NCBI RefSeq assembly: GCF_902459465.1
Contig: NC_047082.1
Span: 12,276,001-12,340,000 of the forward strand
Length of the DNA: 64,000 nt
Reading direction: 5' to 3'
Source: Asterias rubens
Taxonomy: Eukaryota
Part shown: positions 13,141-25,990 of the stretch, in pieces
Layout of the letters: every line of letters begins with the position of its first letter
Numbering within the stretch: the first letter of the stretch is position 1
Translations under genes and position numbers: made by a program
The notes under the pieces: generated by a model
What the model saw: the letters and a program-made list of their open reading frames with translations, nothing else
Database searches by the model: none
What the model was told of the DNA's origin: nothing

Positions 13141-14269
13141 TGTGACAGAATTTGGTTTTGTAATGTTACTTTCAAGTCAAGTGGCACTATATTTGCCACA
13201 GTTGGCTGTCCATATAAGATTTGTTGGTCAAACTCTGAACTCTAACAAAGATCCCCACCTGTTAGCCGTAAGTAGCTAGTTAGTATGGTAAACCCTCTTT
13301 GTAGCAGTTCCCATTCAACCCAACTGGGGCTCCGCATTGTGTGGTAAACCCTCTTTTGTAGCAGTTCCCATTCAACCCAACTGGGGCTCCACATTGTATT
13401 GTAAACCCTCTGTTGTATCAATCATCATTCAGCCCAGATGGGAGTTTAGTATTGTAAGTTGAAAGAGCCTTCTTTTCTACCCATTGATCCTAACCCAGAA
13501 GTTTAATGAATTACTATTCAATTTATTGTGGCATGACTACTTGCTTTATACACCAATGGTGAATTTGGTATAAAAATATTGTTCACCATTGCTCATGAGG
13601 GACTTGTGACTGGGAGACCAGAGGGAGAACATGTCTTGGTGTGTTGTGTCCTCAACCCTGGTTTTTAAAGACAGCGCTACCTGGTTCTATATGTAAGTCT
13701 GTGCTTGCTTTTATTTATTGTACCTTGGGCCCATTTCAGCCATTCCAAATCTATTAGTTCTATTTTTCTGATCATAAATTAGGTTCATTTCATTGTATTT
13801 TTTACTTGAGGTTTTGACAGGGTGTTTCCGGTCATGTGGCCAAGGGCATTATTGTGAGGGTAATTTTAGGGGAAAGTTGTCGCTATTTGCTAGGGGCATA
13901 GCCCCGAATTCCGACGGGCTGTCATCCCGGAGAGAGCCCCCAGAAAGTAGTGTAAAGTGGTTTGCTAACATGTGCAGGGAACAGCCAACTCAAAGCCTCA
14001 TTTTATATTAAAGTTAGCTGAAGTGCATTAATTGATTGTTCGTAAATTTAAGGGTTCAATTGTGCTTATTCCTTTTTGCATTATATCTTGTCCATTTTTG
14101 AATCCATACTGCCGTTTCTTGTAAATAATTTAATTAGTTAGTGGAATAAAAACCCGCTTAGAAATATAGCGGTAGCATTGGAAATTTTGGGTCCTTATCA
14201 ATTCTTTCATTGAAAATGGTTTGTTTGGACTAATCCAACTGGCGTTACTCTTGAGGGGGTTCCGTTACA
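13141..14269 (+). mobile_element. Solo LTR (Gypsy-type, 4-bp TSD)
   Basis: Starts TGTGAC (13141) and ends GTTACA (14269). ATAC on both flanks (13137-13140, 14270-14273). AATAAA near the 3' end (~14145) and an internal ~56-bp tandem repeat. Confidence 0.75.
13286..13450. repeat. ~56-bp tandem repeat (about 3 copies) inside the solo LTR
   Basis: GGTAAACCCTCTTTGTAGCAGTTCCCATTCAACCCAACTGGGGCTCC(G/A)CATTGT twice nearly exact, with a third degenerate copy. Confidence 0.85.
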
Positions 14270-15929
14270 ATACCTACTTAAAGTTTTGCAAAATTTACTA
14301 TAAACAACGATTGTTACACCACAAATTCTTCTTAGTGTTAGCTATAATGATATGTACGGTGTTATAAGTAATATAATAGCATATATTTTGTCAAAAAGTA
14401 TTCAGAGAATAATATAGGCTCATGGCTTTATAAGAAAACGTGTTTATTTTCTTCTTTTGTTCGAATCCTGGTTGACATTTCTGGCCGCAGAATGAGAAAT
14501 GTTTGGTGTGGTAACCTTTGCACATCATCAGCACGTAGGTGTAGGTCACCACGTTCAAGGCACTTGGCTCTCTGTTATTGGTTAGCATAAAAACTTACTT
14601 TGTAACGAGCAATGGAGAGCTGTTGAAAGTATAAAACAAATTTGAGAAACAACTCCTTCTGTACAAAGAGTTAGTTTCTAACTTAAAAAGACTTCAGGCT
14701 TGAAGTTTTTTATTATGCATCTGAAATCACACATGTGCCAGAAGGATTTATATTTTGATCATCATTCTCTTGCAACTTCAATGACATTGAGTCCAAACGT
14801 TGTACGGTGTTGTTATTTTATGCATATGTTAGAATACACCAGGTTAAAATACTGGTCATTGAAAATTACCAAATGTGTCCAGTACCTTTAATCTGCGCTG
14901 AAATCATAGGCCACTCTAATCTAAACACTCGTGTACATTGAGGCTTAAAATAGACCAAGCAGGTCAATGCTGATGCGGATCACAGAGAAACCTCCGGAAA
15001 GAAAATAAACTGAAATAACTGAGTGACTTTGCAGTCATCTTTTTCTCTTGTGTCCAGAGTAGGCCTTTATCCTTGTTCCCAAGGCAAAACAAACAAATTC
15101 ACCAAGACCGAGGTCGTGGGAAATTAGTGTGATTCTGTTACTGATGATAAATTTAGACTTAAAGGCACTTGACACTATTGATGATTCCTCAAAATAGTTT
15201 TAAAACTTTGTTAGAAACGGTTCCAACTGAAGTAACGTTGTTCGTTACCAAGTAAGTTTTTATATTAACAACTATTTTGAGTAATTACCAACAGTGTCCA
15301 GTGCCTTTAAAGCCATTGGCTCTTTCGGAACAGAAAACAAAATTGAATGTCCACAGATTTACAAATAACTTACAGGGTTTACAGAAGGTAATGGTGAAAG
15401 ACTTCTCTTGAAATATTATTCCATTAAATGCTTTACTTTTTGAGAAAACATTAAAACAATTATCAACTCTCGATATCGAGAATTACGGATTTATTTTGAA
15501 CACATGTCATGACACAGCGAAACGTGCGGAAACAAGGGTGGGTTTTTCCGGGTTTTTTTCTCCCGACTCCGATGACTGACTGAGCCTAAATTTTCGCAGG
15601 TTTGTTATTTTACATACAAGTTTTGATACACGAAGTGTGGGCCTTGGGACAAATAATAACTGAGTGACTTTGCAGTCATCTTTTTTTCTCTTGTTTCCAG
15701 AGTAGGCATTTATCCTTGTTCCCAAGGCAAGACAAATAAATTCACCAAGACCGAGGTCGTGGGAAATTAGGGTGATTCTGTTACTGATGATCAATTGAGA
15801 CTTAAAGGCAGTGACACTATTGATGATTCCTCAAAATAATTGTTAACATAAAACATAGAGCTGCAGATAGTTTAAAGGAACACGGTGTCTTTGATCGGTC
15901 GAGTTGGTCTTTGAATGTAGAATATAATG

Positions 15930-16137
15930 ACTACCTCGGTAGTCTAGTTGGTAAGACACTGCTCTAGAATTGCAAGGGTCGTGGGTTCGAATCCCACCCG
16001 AGTAACATGCCTGTGATATTTTTTTTCACAGGACTTGGGAAAGTACTGACTATACAGTGCTAACACACGTCGGTGTATGGGTAAAAACCAAAATTAATAT
16101 TCTTTATCCCCGATGCAAATTTAACATCTATTATAAT
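15930..16137 (+). mobile_element. Short tRNA-derived SINE, family 2
   Basis: Head GGTAGTCTAGTTGGTAAGACACTGCTCTAGAATTGCAAGGGTCGTGGGTTCGAATCCCACC. Reverse copy at ~48572-48790; fragments at 9290-9520, 9640-9850 and 19090-19160. Confidence 0.75.
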
Positions 16138-16451
16138 GATCCACACAAATTAGCCTCGAAATTGCGTGGTTTTCCTTTTACTTTGCGAACGAACACGGTA
16201 ATTTAAACACATGTTCTGACACGGCGAACGTGCGGAAACAAGGGTGGGTTTACCCGTATTTTCTCCCGACTCCGATGACCGATTGAGCCTAAGTTTTCAA
16301 CGTTTTGTTATTTTATATATAAGTTGTGATACACGAAGTGTGGGCCTTTGGAAAATACTGTTTATCGATGTTGTGCGATTGTTTTAACACACGATTTTGT
16401 ACCGAGACATGGGAACTTGTATCAGATATTTTGACTGCACCCCTCGTTCTC

Positions 16452-18192
16452 TCAAACCGATGTGACCATGTACCCCCAAAATCGTCTCTTATTTACCCCT
16501 CCATTCGCCTCGCCATTGGCTAGCGTGTGGGTGTCATTATTTACTTCACTTGAAACATACCTATGTCTGCGGTACCGCAAGAACAAAACAAGAAAAATAA
16601 GGAGCAGAAAGAAAACCATCCCTGATATAATAACAACCATCGCAGTTGATGCATTTAGTCTAAACCTCTTGGAGTTGATACTGTACTGTTTCTTGACTTT
16701 GGACTCTGTGATTTCCACCGTTCCGCTTACGCTAGTGTTCAAATCCTCATACACCGAAACTTCGCAAGAGATAATGATTTTCCCAATTTCAGGGAAGGAT
16801 TTTACAATCAAGACCGACTCGTTTGGTTTGTTGGTGTTTATTTCGATGTAACTGTATGTTTCGTGATTCCCTTCTTGAACCTGCAGATCGTCAATGAACC
16901 ACCGGTACGATTTAACCGTGGGTAGACCACTGCCGGTACAAACGAACTCCACATTCCCAGTCCCTTGGGTGAGTTGAGTGAAATTTGGTTTGATTTCGGC
17001 AGTGGGGGGTACCATCATTGGCCTGACCCTACATGGTACCGGTTCTGTCACGGCGGCATTCCTCCCTTCACATGTGAACCATCTTCCATTATCCTCCGGT
17101 CGGAGCGTGATCATGTGCGTGTCGACTCCCTCAGGGTTCCACCTTTGGTCCTCCCCATTGAATTGCATCGTTTCGTTGTACCACCAAGTCAGGTTGGGTG
17201 TCGGCACACCGACTGCGTCTGCACAAATTAACTCTACCTTGGAATCCACAGTGATGTTTACCTCTGTGTCATTTTGATTCAGTTTAAAGGAACAGGATGG
17301 CGAGGGTATTTTCCAGACGGTCAATCTTGCAGCGGTGTATTCGGGTATCATTCGCGTTATGAGTGACCCTCCCACACTTATTTGATAAACACATGAAACA
17401 ACACCCTCGTCTGACGGCTGGATATCGGTAATGTGAAGAGTCGTCGTGTGGATTGAGCCATTAACAGTGTAGCTGGAAACCAAAGACATTAAACACATCA
17501 ATACATTAATTTAAACTTTTCATACCTTGTATTTAGGCCCCAAAGTTTCCTGTGGTACGGTTTAACCCCTTCTTAACGTTGTTTTTTTATTTGTGTGTCT
17601 GTAAGTTGAGAAAAAGGGCAGAATGAGTTTCCTATGCAGGGACAATAAAGTTGTATTGTGTTGTTAGCATTCTTGGTCATTGTCATGGTTGTGTAGATGA
17701 TAAAACTGGATCGGGAATTGGAAATGGTTGTAGGAGTAGACAACACACTGCCACGCCCTCGTTTAAAAAGTTGAAACCGGACACACGTATGTGAACTAAA
17801 TAGTAAAAAAGGGGGATTTATCCACACAAAAACAGCCACTCCCCCACAACTCAAATGTAGGCAGTAGGAATGTTTTACCTTGTCGTGTAAGCAGCATGTG
17901 TCTCAGTAAAGGCTGAGCTGTTAAACATGTACGTTGTGTTCTGTTCAGCTCCTACATGTGCATACTGAGGAAACTTCGTCGCATCCCATTCAAGCTGCCA
18001 TATCAGGGTTTCACTCGGCAACTTGTCCGCCACCGAGCACGAGAACTCGGCCTCTCTCCCCTCGACCCCTACCGTGCTAACGGGGGGATTGACGGCAGCG
18101 ATCGCCCTCACGCCACACTGCTGCTGCAAAATCATTCCAATAATACGGAAGAGTAAGTGGACGCAGAACATGGCCCGTGGAGTCGACGCCAT
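16452..18192 (-). CDS. Ig-superfamily type I membrane protein: signal peptide, V-set plus two C-type Ig domains, TM, short tail ending VTSV (444 aa)
   Basis: Exon 1 18192-17879 and exon 2 17472-16452, joined by a phase-2 GT-AG intron. V domain EFSCSV..LIWQ..LHITDIQPSDEGVVSC; D2 VELIC..LTWW..FTC; D3 EFVC..YRWF..IISC; TM AMVVIISGMVFFLLLIFLVLFL followed by RYRR; many N-glycosylation sequons. Confidence 0.88.
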
Positions 18193-21100
18193 CTCTTATG
18201 GCACTTGTCAATATTTGGAGTGATAAAATAAATGGGACGCTCATATAACAAGTGGAACACGACAGTATTGCATTCTCCAAGTCCCAGTTGCACTCGCAGC
18301 CGCCTAGTAGCTTTGAACTTGTGAACTCACATCAGTATGCTGCGCATTAGACAAGCTTTCAAAAGTCAACAGTATTAAGCCATCACTTTCGGTTGTATAT
18401 AATAAAGTATCCCCGTATAATTCACTGTATGAATCAATCATTGCTGTGTATGCAGTAAAATTCCTGCTGCATGTCCTGGTGATATGCAACCTCTTGTGTG
18501 TGTTATTATAGTCGATGCTTTTCATCGTAATAAATGTGTCTGGGTTGTTTATAAATATATAGAGCAAATTTTTTTATGCTGGTATAAAGGTTGTCATTTA
18601 TGATTTGCTATTGTATAACATTATGAAAAGAATTTCACTATAGTCATATTATTTGCTAACTGTATAAAATGCTGAAAAGAAGTGAATAAATGAGTTCTCT
18701 GTAGCTACAGAACCTTTCGAAGAAGAAAAAAGAGAGGACGTGCCACTGGTTTGCCAGCTGACTTGTCGCGAGTAACCTCGTTCACTGTCACTACTTTCAG
18801 AACCGGTATTGTGTTGCATTCTATCAACTCCCTAGGGCATATTGGCTAATCAAAGACCCTTGCAAATTGGGATTCTTTGTCGACTGAAACATTTGTTCAG
18901 ACTCGTGAGGGGAGAGTGTAAACTTGCTGAAAGTTGAAGGTTAAACTAGAAACCAGGGCAGGCGTCAATGGAGTCACGGCAAGAACTAATCCTTTTTGGT
19001 AATTTTTTATCTTTCTTTCTCACTTGTATTGCACCGATGTGTGTTAGAACTGTAAACTCAGTACTTGTCCGAGTTACGTGAAGAAAATCAAAAGCATATT
19101 ACTCGGGTTGGATTCGAACCTAAGACCTTGCAATTCTAGAGCTTTTTTTACCAACTAGACAACCTTTCGATTGACAGATCAACATGAAGGCGATGCAAAC
19201 CATGGAGCAGGAACTAAATTTATAAACCATCGCGTTGTTTTCAATAAATTCGTATAACCACCTGATTTGATTGATTGTTTCGGGCTGGTCTACGTCTGCA
19301 ATCGTTTTGTTAAAGGGTTAGGGAACGTATGCCGTTGGTTTTTGGAACCGTTCGATTGTTTTAATCATTAAAAATGAAACAATTTAAAGGCAGTGCTTCC
19401 AAGGATCTCTTTCCCGAAGAGCATTATTGGTGTGACTGTCCAATGTTAGAATTGTTATTTGTTTTTTAAAGCGGTGGACACTATTGGCAATTACTCAAAA
19501 TAATTACTACCATAAAACCTTACTTGGTAATGAGTAATGGGTTTGACAGTATAAAACATTGTGAGCAACGGCTCCCTCTGAAGTGTCGTAGAGTCTTCGA
19601 GAAAGAAAATTTTCCATGAATTTGATTTCGAGACCTCAAAATTAGATTTTTTCTTCCTCGCAACTTCGACGACCAATTGAGCTCAAATTTTCACAGGTAA
19701 TTTGTTATTTTATGCATAGGTATGCTGGGATACACCAAGTGAGAAGACTTGTCTTAGACAATTACCAATAATCGGATAGTGTCCAGTGTCTTTAACTAAC
19801 CTGTGCGAATTTCGTTTCAAAGGTTGTTAGCATTTTTGCGATAATTAGTCCCCAATCTTTCATAAAGCAATATGAAGACACTGTACAATTAAAAATATTA
19901 ATTTGTGTCCCATAAAAAAAATCACGTGTGGTGAAGGAATTTTCGAATCTATTTAGCACACATGTGGTGTGATCGATCGAGTATTTCTTACACATTCTTC
20001 GTATCTGTTTTGTTTTACCCCGCGCTGTCAACGTTCGATGTAGTGTAATATTGTATTCCGCCTGTCGGAGGTTATTAGGTCTCGGCGGAACCTTGCTCTC
20101 AGAAACATTTCCATCTTTCATAGGTATTCATTACGGAAGCGTATAGCAGCCACACAAAAATATGTTCGTACAATATAACTCGTATACGTACACGATACGT
20201 CTGATATTAGAGAGATGTTTTCTTATCCTTTTAAGGTAATCCATAAAAATACATAAAACAGTTTTATTTTGACGCAAAATTTGCTGACGATTGTTTTTGA
20301 CTCTGCGTCAAGCTAACATGTACTCTCTAAATGTAAAAGATTGAACAACACACTCTTTACATTTCGAGTTGTACAATTAGCTCTTTGAACAGAGTGTTGG
20401 TTATTTCACTCTTTAAGAGGGGTTTCACTCCAGGGCAGAGTGACACTGAATGAATCACGCAAAAAGATGCAAACTTCAAAAGATGCGGAATAACACTCGA
20501 AAAAGAGTTGTCCCTCATATGACTCTTCAAAGAGTGCCTTTTCACTGTTTACATTAAGAGATTACTGTAGTAATAATAATTGATGTGAGGTTTAAGTGGG
20601 GTCCCACAGTTAGGTTTGTGAACTCCCACCATGTGTTGCTTCCGTTGAATTCGAGATGTCCCAATGGGACACGGACGTGCATAGATGCCGATGATACACG
20701 TATAGTGTCAACGACTTGCTCAATGGCCAACATCACGATCCAACACTTTGCACGTACTTACAAAGTTCAAGAACTTGCAGTATGGGTGACTTTTATGTTA
20801 TTTTGCGGTGGTCTGGATGTTTCTGGAAATATTGTGTACCACGTACGGACAACTTCAATGTCTGTTTTTTTTTTTTTTTTTTTTTTTTACTTCAAAGGGG
20901 AGGTATACGTTAGCTGGACACTCTTAAAAGAGCAACAAACATAACATTATGTTGTTTTGCTTTTACTTATCTACCCCCAAACCCTAACCCCAAACCTTCA
21001 AGGCCCTACACCCACGCTTTAATAGCAGCGCAACAGTCGATGGTTCTATTCACGGCCGTATTATTAAGTGATTAACTAGTTTCCTGTGACGTCATCTCAA

Positions 21101-21278
21101 GTACTGCACCCTCTGAGCTTGAGATGCGTAAGATATTTATAAGAAATGAATCACAATCACAGTTTCCTGCATTCAACTTGAAATTTATTGGGTGCATTAA
21201 CAAAACATCTTTAGTGCGATCGCCGGTTTTACATGTGCACTGTTCTTCTTTAGAGACATAGACCTGATCTTATACTGT

Positions 21279-24200
21279 ATGTTTACGATGAAGGGGCCTA
21301 TCTTGGTTGGTTTCGGTGCCGTGATTTTGACGATATGCACCCACTGTGTAGTTGCTTGTAGACGGTCGACATCGGTGGGTCCAGTAGCTCCGACGAGAGG
21401 CCAGGAGCAGCTTACCGGTAAGATTAATCATAGGCCTAATTGAAAACAAAAATGTCACACATATAACAAATATCTTGTTAAAGGCAGTGGATACTAAACT
21501 CAAAATATTTATTAGCACAAAACCTTACTTGGTAACGAGTAATGGGGAGAGGTTGATAGTATAAAACATTGTTAGAAACGGCTCCCTCTGAAGTGAGGTA
21601 GTTTTCGAGAAAGAAGTAATTTTCTGTTTTTCATCGAATTTGATTTCGAGACCAAGCTAAATGTATTATCTCCCAACTTTGATGACCGATTGCGCTCAAA
21701 TTTGCACATGTTATTTTATTATTTTATGCATAATATGTTGAGTAACAGCAAGTGAGAAGAGTATCCACTGCCTTTGTAGATTAAATGTTGTAATAATTAG
21801 ATCATGAAATCGTAAATTTCTGTTGGGGCCTTTTGCTTTCGTTTGGGACGCTTGGCAAAAGTTAGTGTGCTTTTGTAAGCTCCATGTTATAAAGAGCATT
21901 AGTTTTGGTTGTGTGTAAGATGAAAACAAAAATATCAACAAGTCTGATTCACATAATACAAAAAAAATAGTTTTATCTGTAGGGAAAACTTATTACATTT
22001 GGTATACTTATTGTTCTCCCTCTGTATACAATGGATGTGTGAATATGCAATAAGCAACTAATCATTTTCAATCTATGGTTTAATGCACCACCTCAGTTTG
22101 TTTCTGCACTAACCCAAATGTTAAACCAGCCGGAACTAAATACTTAAAGACAGTGGACACTATTGGTAATTGTCAAAGACAAGTCTTCTCACTTGGTGTA
22201 TCTCAACATATGCATGAAATAACAAACCTGTGAAAATTTGAGCTCAATTGGTCGTCGAAGTTGCGAGATAATAATGAAAGAAAAAACACCCTTGTCACAC
22301 GAAGTTGTGTGCGTTTAGATGGTTGATTTCGAAATTGAGGTCTCAAAATCAAATTCGTGGAAAATTACTTCTTTCTCGAAAACTACTTCACTTCAGAGGG
22401 AGCCGTTTCTCACAATGTTTTATACTACCAACCTCTCCCCATTACTCGTTACCAAGTAAGGTTTCGTGCTGATAATTATTTTGAGTAATTACCAATAGTG
22501 TCCACTGCCTTTAACTTCATCAGTAACATCTACACTTTGCTAATCTTTTGCAGCTACTACAAATTGTCGAAATCTCCTGTTTCCCCTGATCAGTCCACCC
22601 ACTCAAACCCGTCCATGTCAATTTGGCATGACGCTATAAAGACAGTTACAACAAACTCTAGAAATCAAGTGTTCGTAAAGGGGTTTCGGTTGGTGGAACA
22701 AAGACAGATATGTCATGATTTCTTTCTTCTCGTACTCAATAATGTTAAGATTAGGTGTAAACGCTCAGGGAACTCTTTGTATTAATACGGCTTGGACCAA
22801 GGGAGATGTTTTGGGTTTTTTTTTTCCTTCTTTTTTTCTTCTTTTTTTTTCTTCTTTTTTGTTAAATTTGTTTCCCGGTCCTTTTCCCCAAGAGATACCG
22901 TACACAAAAACATCTTGCGTCTTCACTTTGAAGCTCGTCTTTATTTCTGACGGATAAAGACGGGGCCAATCCAATGCATATCGTTGCATCAAATCTCAGT
23001 AAATTGTATAAAATGAACTGTAGCCCATGTGGTTTTCCATTTGCGCACTATAGCTTGTTCAATTGCGATGCAGACAAGCAGGTACACCCGGTTCGAATCC
23101 TACCCGTTCCAAAAGGGATATAACTTTTACTGCAACTGTAATGGATTGGGGTTCGTTATGTCTCTCCCCAAAAAGGTAAAGGGTTGAATATTCAGGAAGC
23201 GTCCATGCAGTTAAAAGTTAATGAATTTTATAAACAATTTTTATTTATTCTGATTATTATTCAGATCCAATCGCTGACGTCTGGTTTGGAGAACTCCCTT
23301 TCTTGAACTACATGTGCGGCTGGCCGAATAAGACCACGACAGGCATGCACGTGCCAGCTAACAATCACCAAATCATCAATCCATTCGACTTAGTTCCTGA
23401 CAACATCAAACCATTTCATACCTTGGTAAATACAACTTTATGATAAAAACCAAATATTTATGGTATGAGAGAAAAATCAAATGGTCCTCATTGGAATTTG
23501 AACTCCGGGGTCTTGGGTTCAGTTTCCCGTTAGGTCATTCGATTTTTGTTTATCTTATTGGTTATTTCACTTTTATTGTGATGTAGGCACCATGCCAAGT
23601 TGTTATTGTGATTTATGTACATTGGAGTAACATTAAACATTATAACACATTCTCCCAGAGTTAACTACAAAACGTTTGCAAGAGTGGATTTGTCCATACT
23701 TCATACGAATTTTGAAGTCATAATACTCGTAACTAATAACCCGGATCAGTCGAATGGTTGGACAACCACTGTGAAATATTCGCTGCGAAACAGTCATGTG
23801 ACGAAATTCGTATTGCATTCGCATTCACATGAAGAATGAACCGGACTTTATGTACAAAACCGTTTTTCTTGAAATCGGTTTCAGGGGTCAATATTTCACA
23901 AAGATTTAGGACTAGTCCTACGATATTAAAAACGTATTGCTAGTTCTAAGTTGGGATGAATAACTCGTGCTAACTCGAGATAAGGTTATTCTTAACTCTT
24001 TGTGGATTTCAACCCAGAGATGCAACCAAATTTATATATTTCATAATTGTTACAAAAATATTTCGTTTTATCTGAAGGTTTATTTCAGAGGGGATGTGTT
24101 CGAGTGGGGAGCAGGGTTGATGCGATCATATGAGAACGGCACCCTGGGACGTGATCCTCACGGCTGCCCCATCAAGTGGACCTTACCCGGTCAGAGTAAC

Positions 24201-24341
24201 TGCACCACTACGGAGATAAAGCAGGTTGCATCCACTTATCTGACACGTTTCGGTCGGTACGACCTGCTACTAAATAACTGTCATAACTTCTCCCGGAGAC
24301 TGATTGAGAAACTACTACGAGGAGAGTGTAGCCCATTTTAA
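21279..24341 (+). CDS. Signal-peptide-bearing permuted papain-fold (PPPDE/DeSI, peptidase C97-like) cysteine hydrolase, 187 aa
   Basis: Exons 21279-21417, 23265-23425 and 24078-24341, GT-AG, phases 1 and 0 fit. Product MFTMKGPILVGFGAVILTICTHCVVA-CRR...DPIADVWFGELPF...KPFHTLVYFRGDVFEWG...RYDLLLNNCHNFSRRLIEKL...SPF*. His and Cys motifs are 70 residues apart. Confidence 0.8.
22144..22514. mobile_element. Kolobok-like MITE family 1 copy (intron 1 of the DeSI-like gene)
   Basis: TTAA-AGACAGTGGACACTATTGGTAATT ... AATTACCAATAGTGTCCACTGCCT-TTAA. Confidence 0.85.
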
Positions 24342-24455
24342 AGCCGTTTAATGAGGGGAAGGAGCAATAAATATTAACAGCGAGGTTAAGCTGCACGTTA
24401 CTCGAGCAAATACGTTACGTTGTTTCTGGGTGACGTTGCCACGTTGGGCTTCCCA

Positions 24456-24772
24456 GGGAGGTTTAGCTGCACGTTCAGCGTGAACATGAACGTCAGGTAC
24501 GTGCGCGCTGACGTCTTACGTGAGCATGCAATAAGCCCAAAATGGCGACGTCAAATAGAAACAACACACTTTTTTTGACGTTCATGTTCACGTATTTGCT
24601 CGCGTGACGTGCAGCTAAACCTCGATAGCAAGGTTTAGCTGCATGTATGACGTCGGTGCGCACGTTTGTACCTGACGAGAAAAATGACAAATCACGCATG
24701 CTAAAAACGTGAGATTTAAACGACATAATTTTTGAAGTTCTCGTTCACGTGGAACGTGCAGCTAAACCTCCC
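24456..24772. mobile_element. MITE with TIR GGGAGGTTTAGCTGCACGTTC and internal repeats of the TIR motif
   Basis: The TIR and its reverse complement bound the element. TAGCTGCACGT motif recurs at ~24386, 24462, 24610, 24636 and 24755. TSD not resolved. Confidence 0.6.
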
Positions 24773-25739
24773 TATCTGTAGTTCGTATTAATTACTAATT
24801 AAGTCTCCAGAGTGCAATGACCCGGGAGCCAATTCGTTGATATCCTAGAATTGACCATTTCTCATAAAATGTACAGGAGTTTTTCACAAAATATGTAGTC
24901 GGGCAATCCGTCACTACATAAATGTAAAAATTGTTGGGACAAGAACACACTATTTAAATAAATTGGACTGTACTGTAGTAATTGGGCCTCTTGCTCCCTT
25001 GCGATAACGACGTGTTTTCTGCGCCCCTAAAAAGTTAAGATAATATTAAGGTAATAATAACATCAACTTCCGGGTAACTAATGAACCCAAGTGTTTTAAG
25101 ACAATAGCTGGGAATTTCAAACAATTCAATTCAAACTGATATTTATAATCACTTGGATGTACACAATTGTTTGGATATGCACCGAAAATACTGATAAGTT
25201 TTGTAATAAAACGTTTCATGAGTTCAGAATTTGTTGTTTTATATTTTTAAATTGTGTGATATGTCCATCAAAAATAAACAAGTTCTGCGACAATCGGGCC
25301 GTGCAGCATTAATACTACTCTTATACAGACATCACTTCATACAATGAAATTAGTTATGAGGCTCTTTATTACTAAATTGGTGCTTACAGCACAACACATT
25401 ACTGAAGACAATAAGAGCATCTGATGGAAACGTCAGGCTCTTTACAAGAAAAAAACATTACATGGTGTTAGCCTAGAAAAAATATATGCTTTGAGCAAAC
25501 CGACAAATAAAAATACAGCCTAATTTTTAACAATACTGCAAATAAAAGCCATACTTTTAACTAGGGAAACACAGTGAATCTGTAGGAGGACCCAGTTTGT
25601 TACTGCCTGGCAATGAACGGGGTTGGATGACCTACCACTTTAAATGGATGAGTCAAAGATGAGGCCAGCCACCAAAACAAGGCCATTATAAGTGGTTGTA
25701 CATTGTATAACAGAAACATTAACATGCGCTGTGAATGCC

Positions 25740-25990
25740 TTTTTAATAATTTGGGAGGCTAATCATCCTTACTCGTAGCTATAAGCTGAATTGCGAAGGT
25801 TGCAGCTACAACGTGTTCGAGAAGCTGGCATGCAAGGGCGCCTTTGGCAGGAAAACGGGACAGTCTGGAAAACCCTCATGGCACAGCAGAGAACCAACGC
25901 ACAACTCAACTCACATGGCCCTGGCCGGGTATCGAACCAGGGTCACCTTGGTGAGAGGCGAGGGCTTTGCACACATGCCAACCATGGAAC
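25740..25990 (-). mobile_element. tRNA-derived SINE, family 3 (reverse); second copy at ~30555-30890
   Basis: Shared GGCTAATCATCCTTA...GCACAGCAGAGAACCAAC...GGTCACCTTGGTGAGAGGCGAG. B-box-like on the minus strand, (TTA)n tail. Confidence 0.65.

Noticed and set aside
15930-16010. tRNA gene (also ~36675-36765 and ~48715-48790)
   Set aside because: The tRNA-like heads continue into shared SINE bodies and tails in multiple dispersed copies, and the cloverleafs are imperfect.
20585-20944. 119-aa ORF between the Ig and DeSI-like genes
   Set aside because: No recognisable motif, it runs into a poly-T tract, and no phase-compatible splice links were found.
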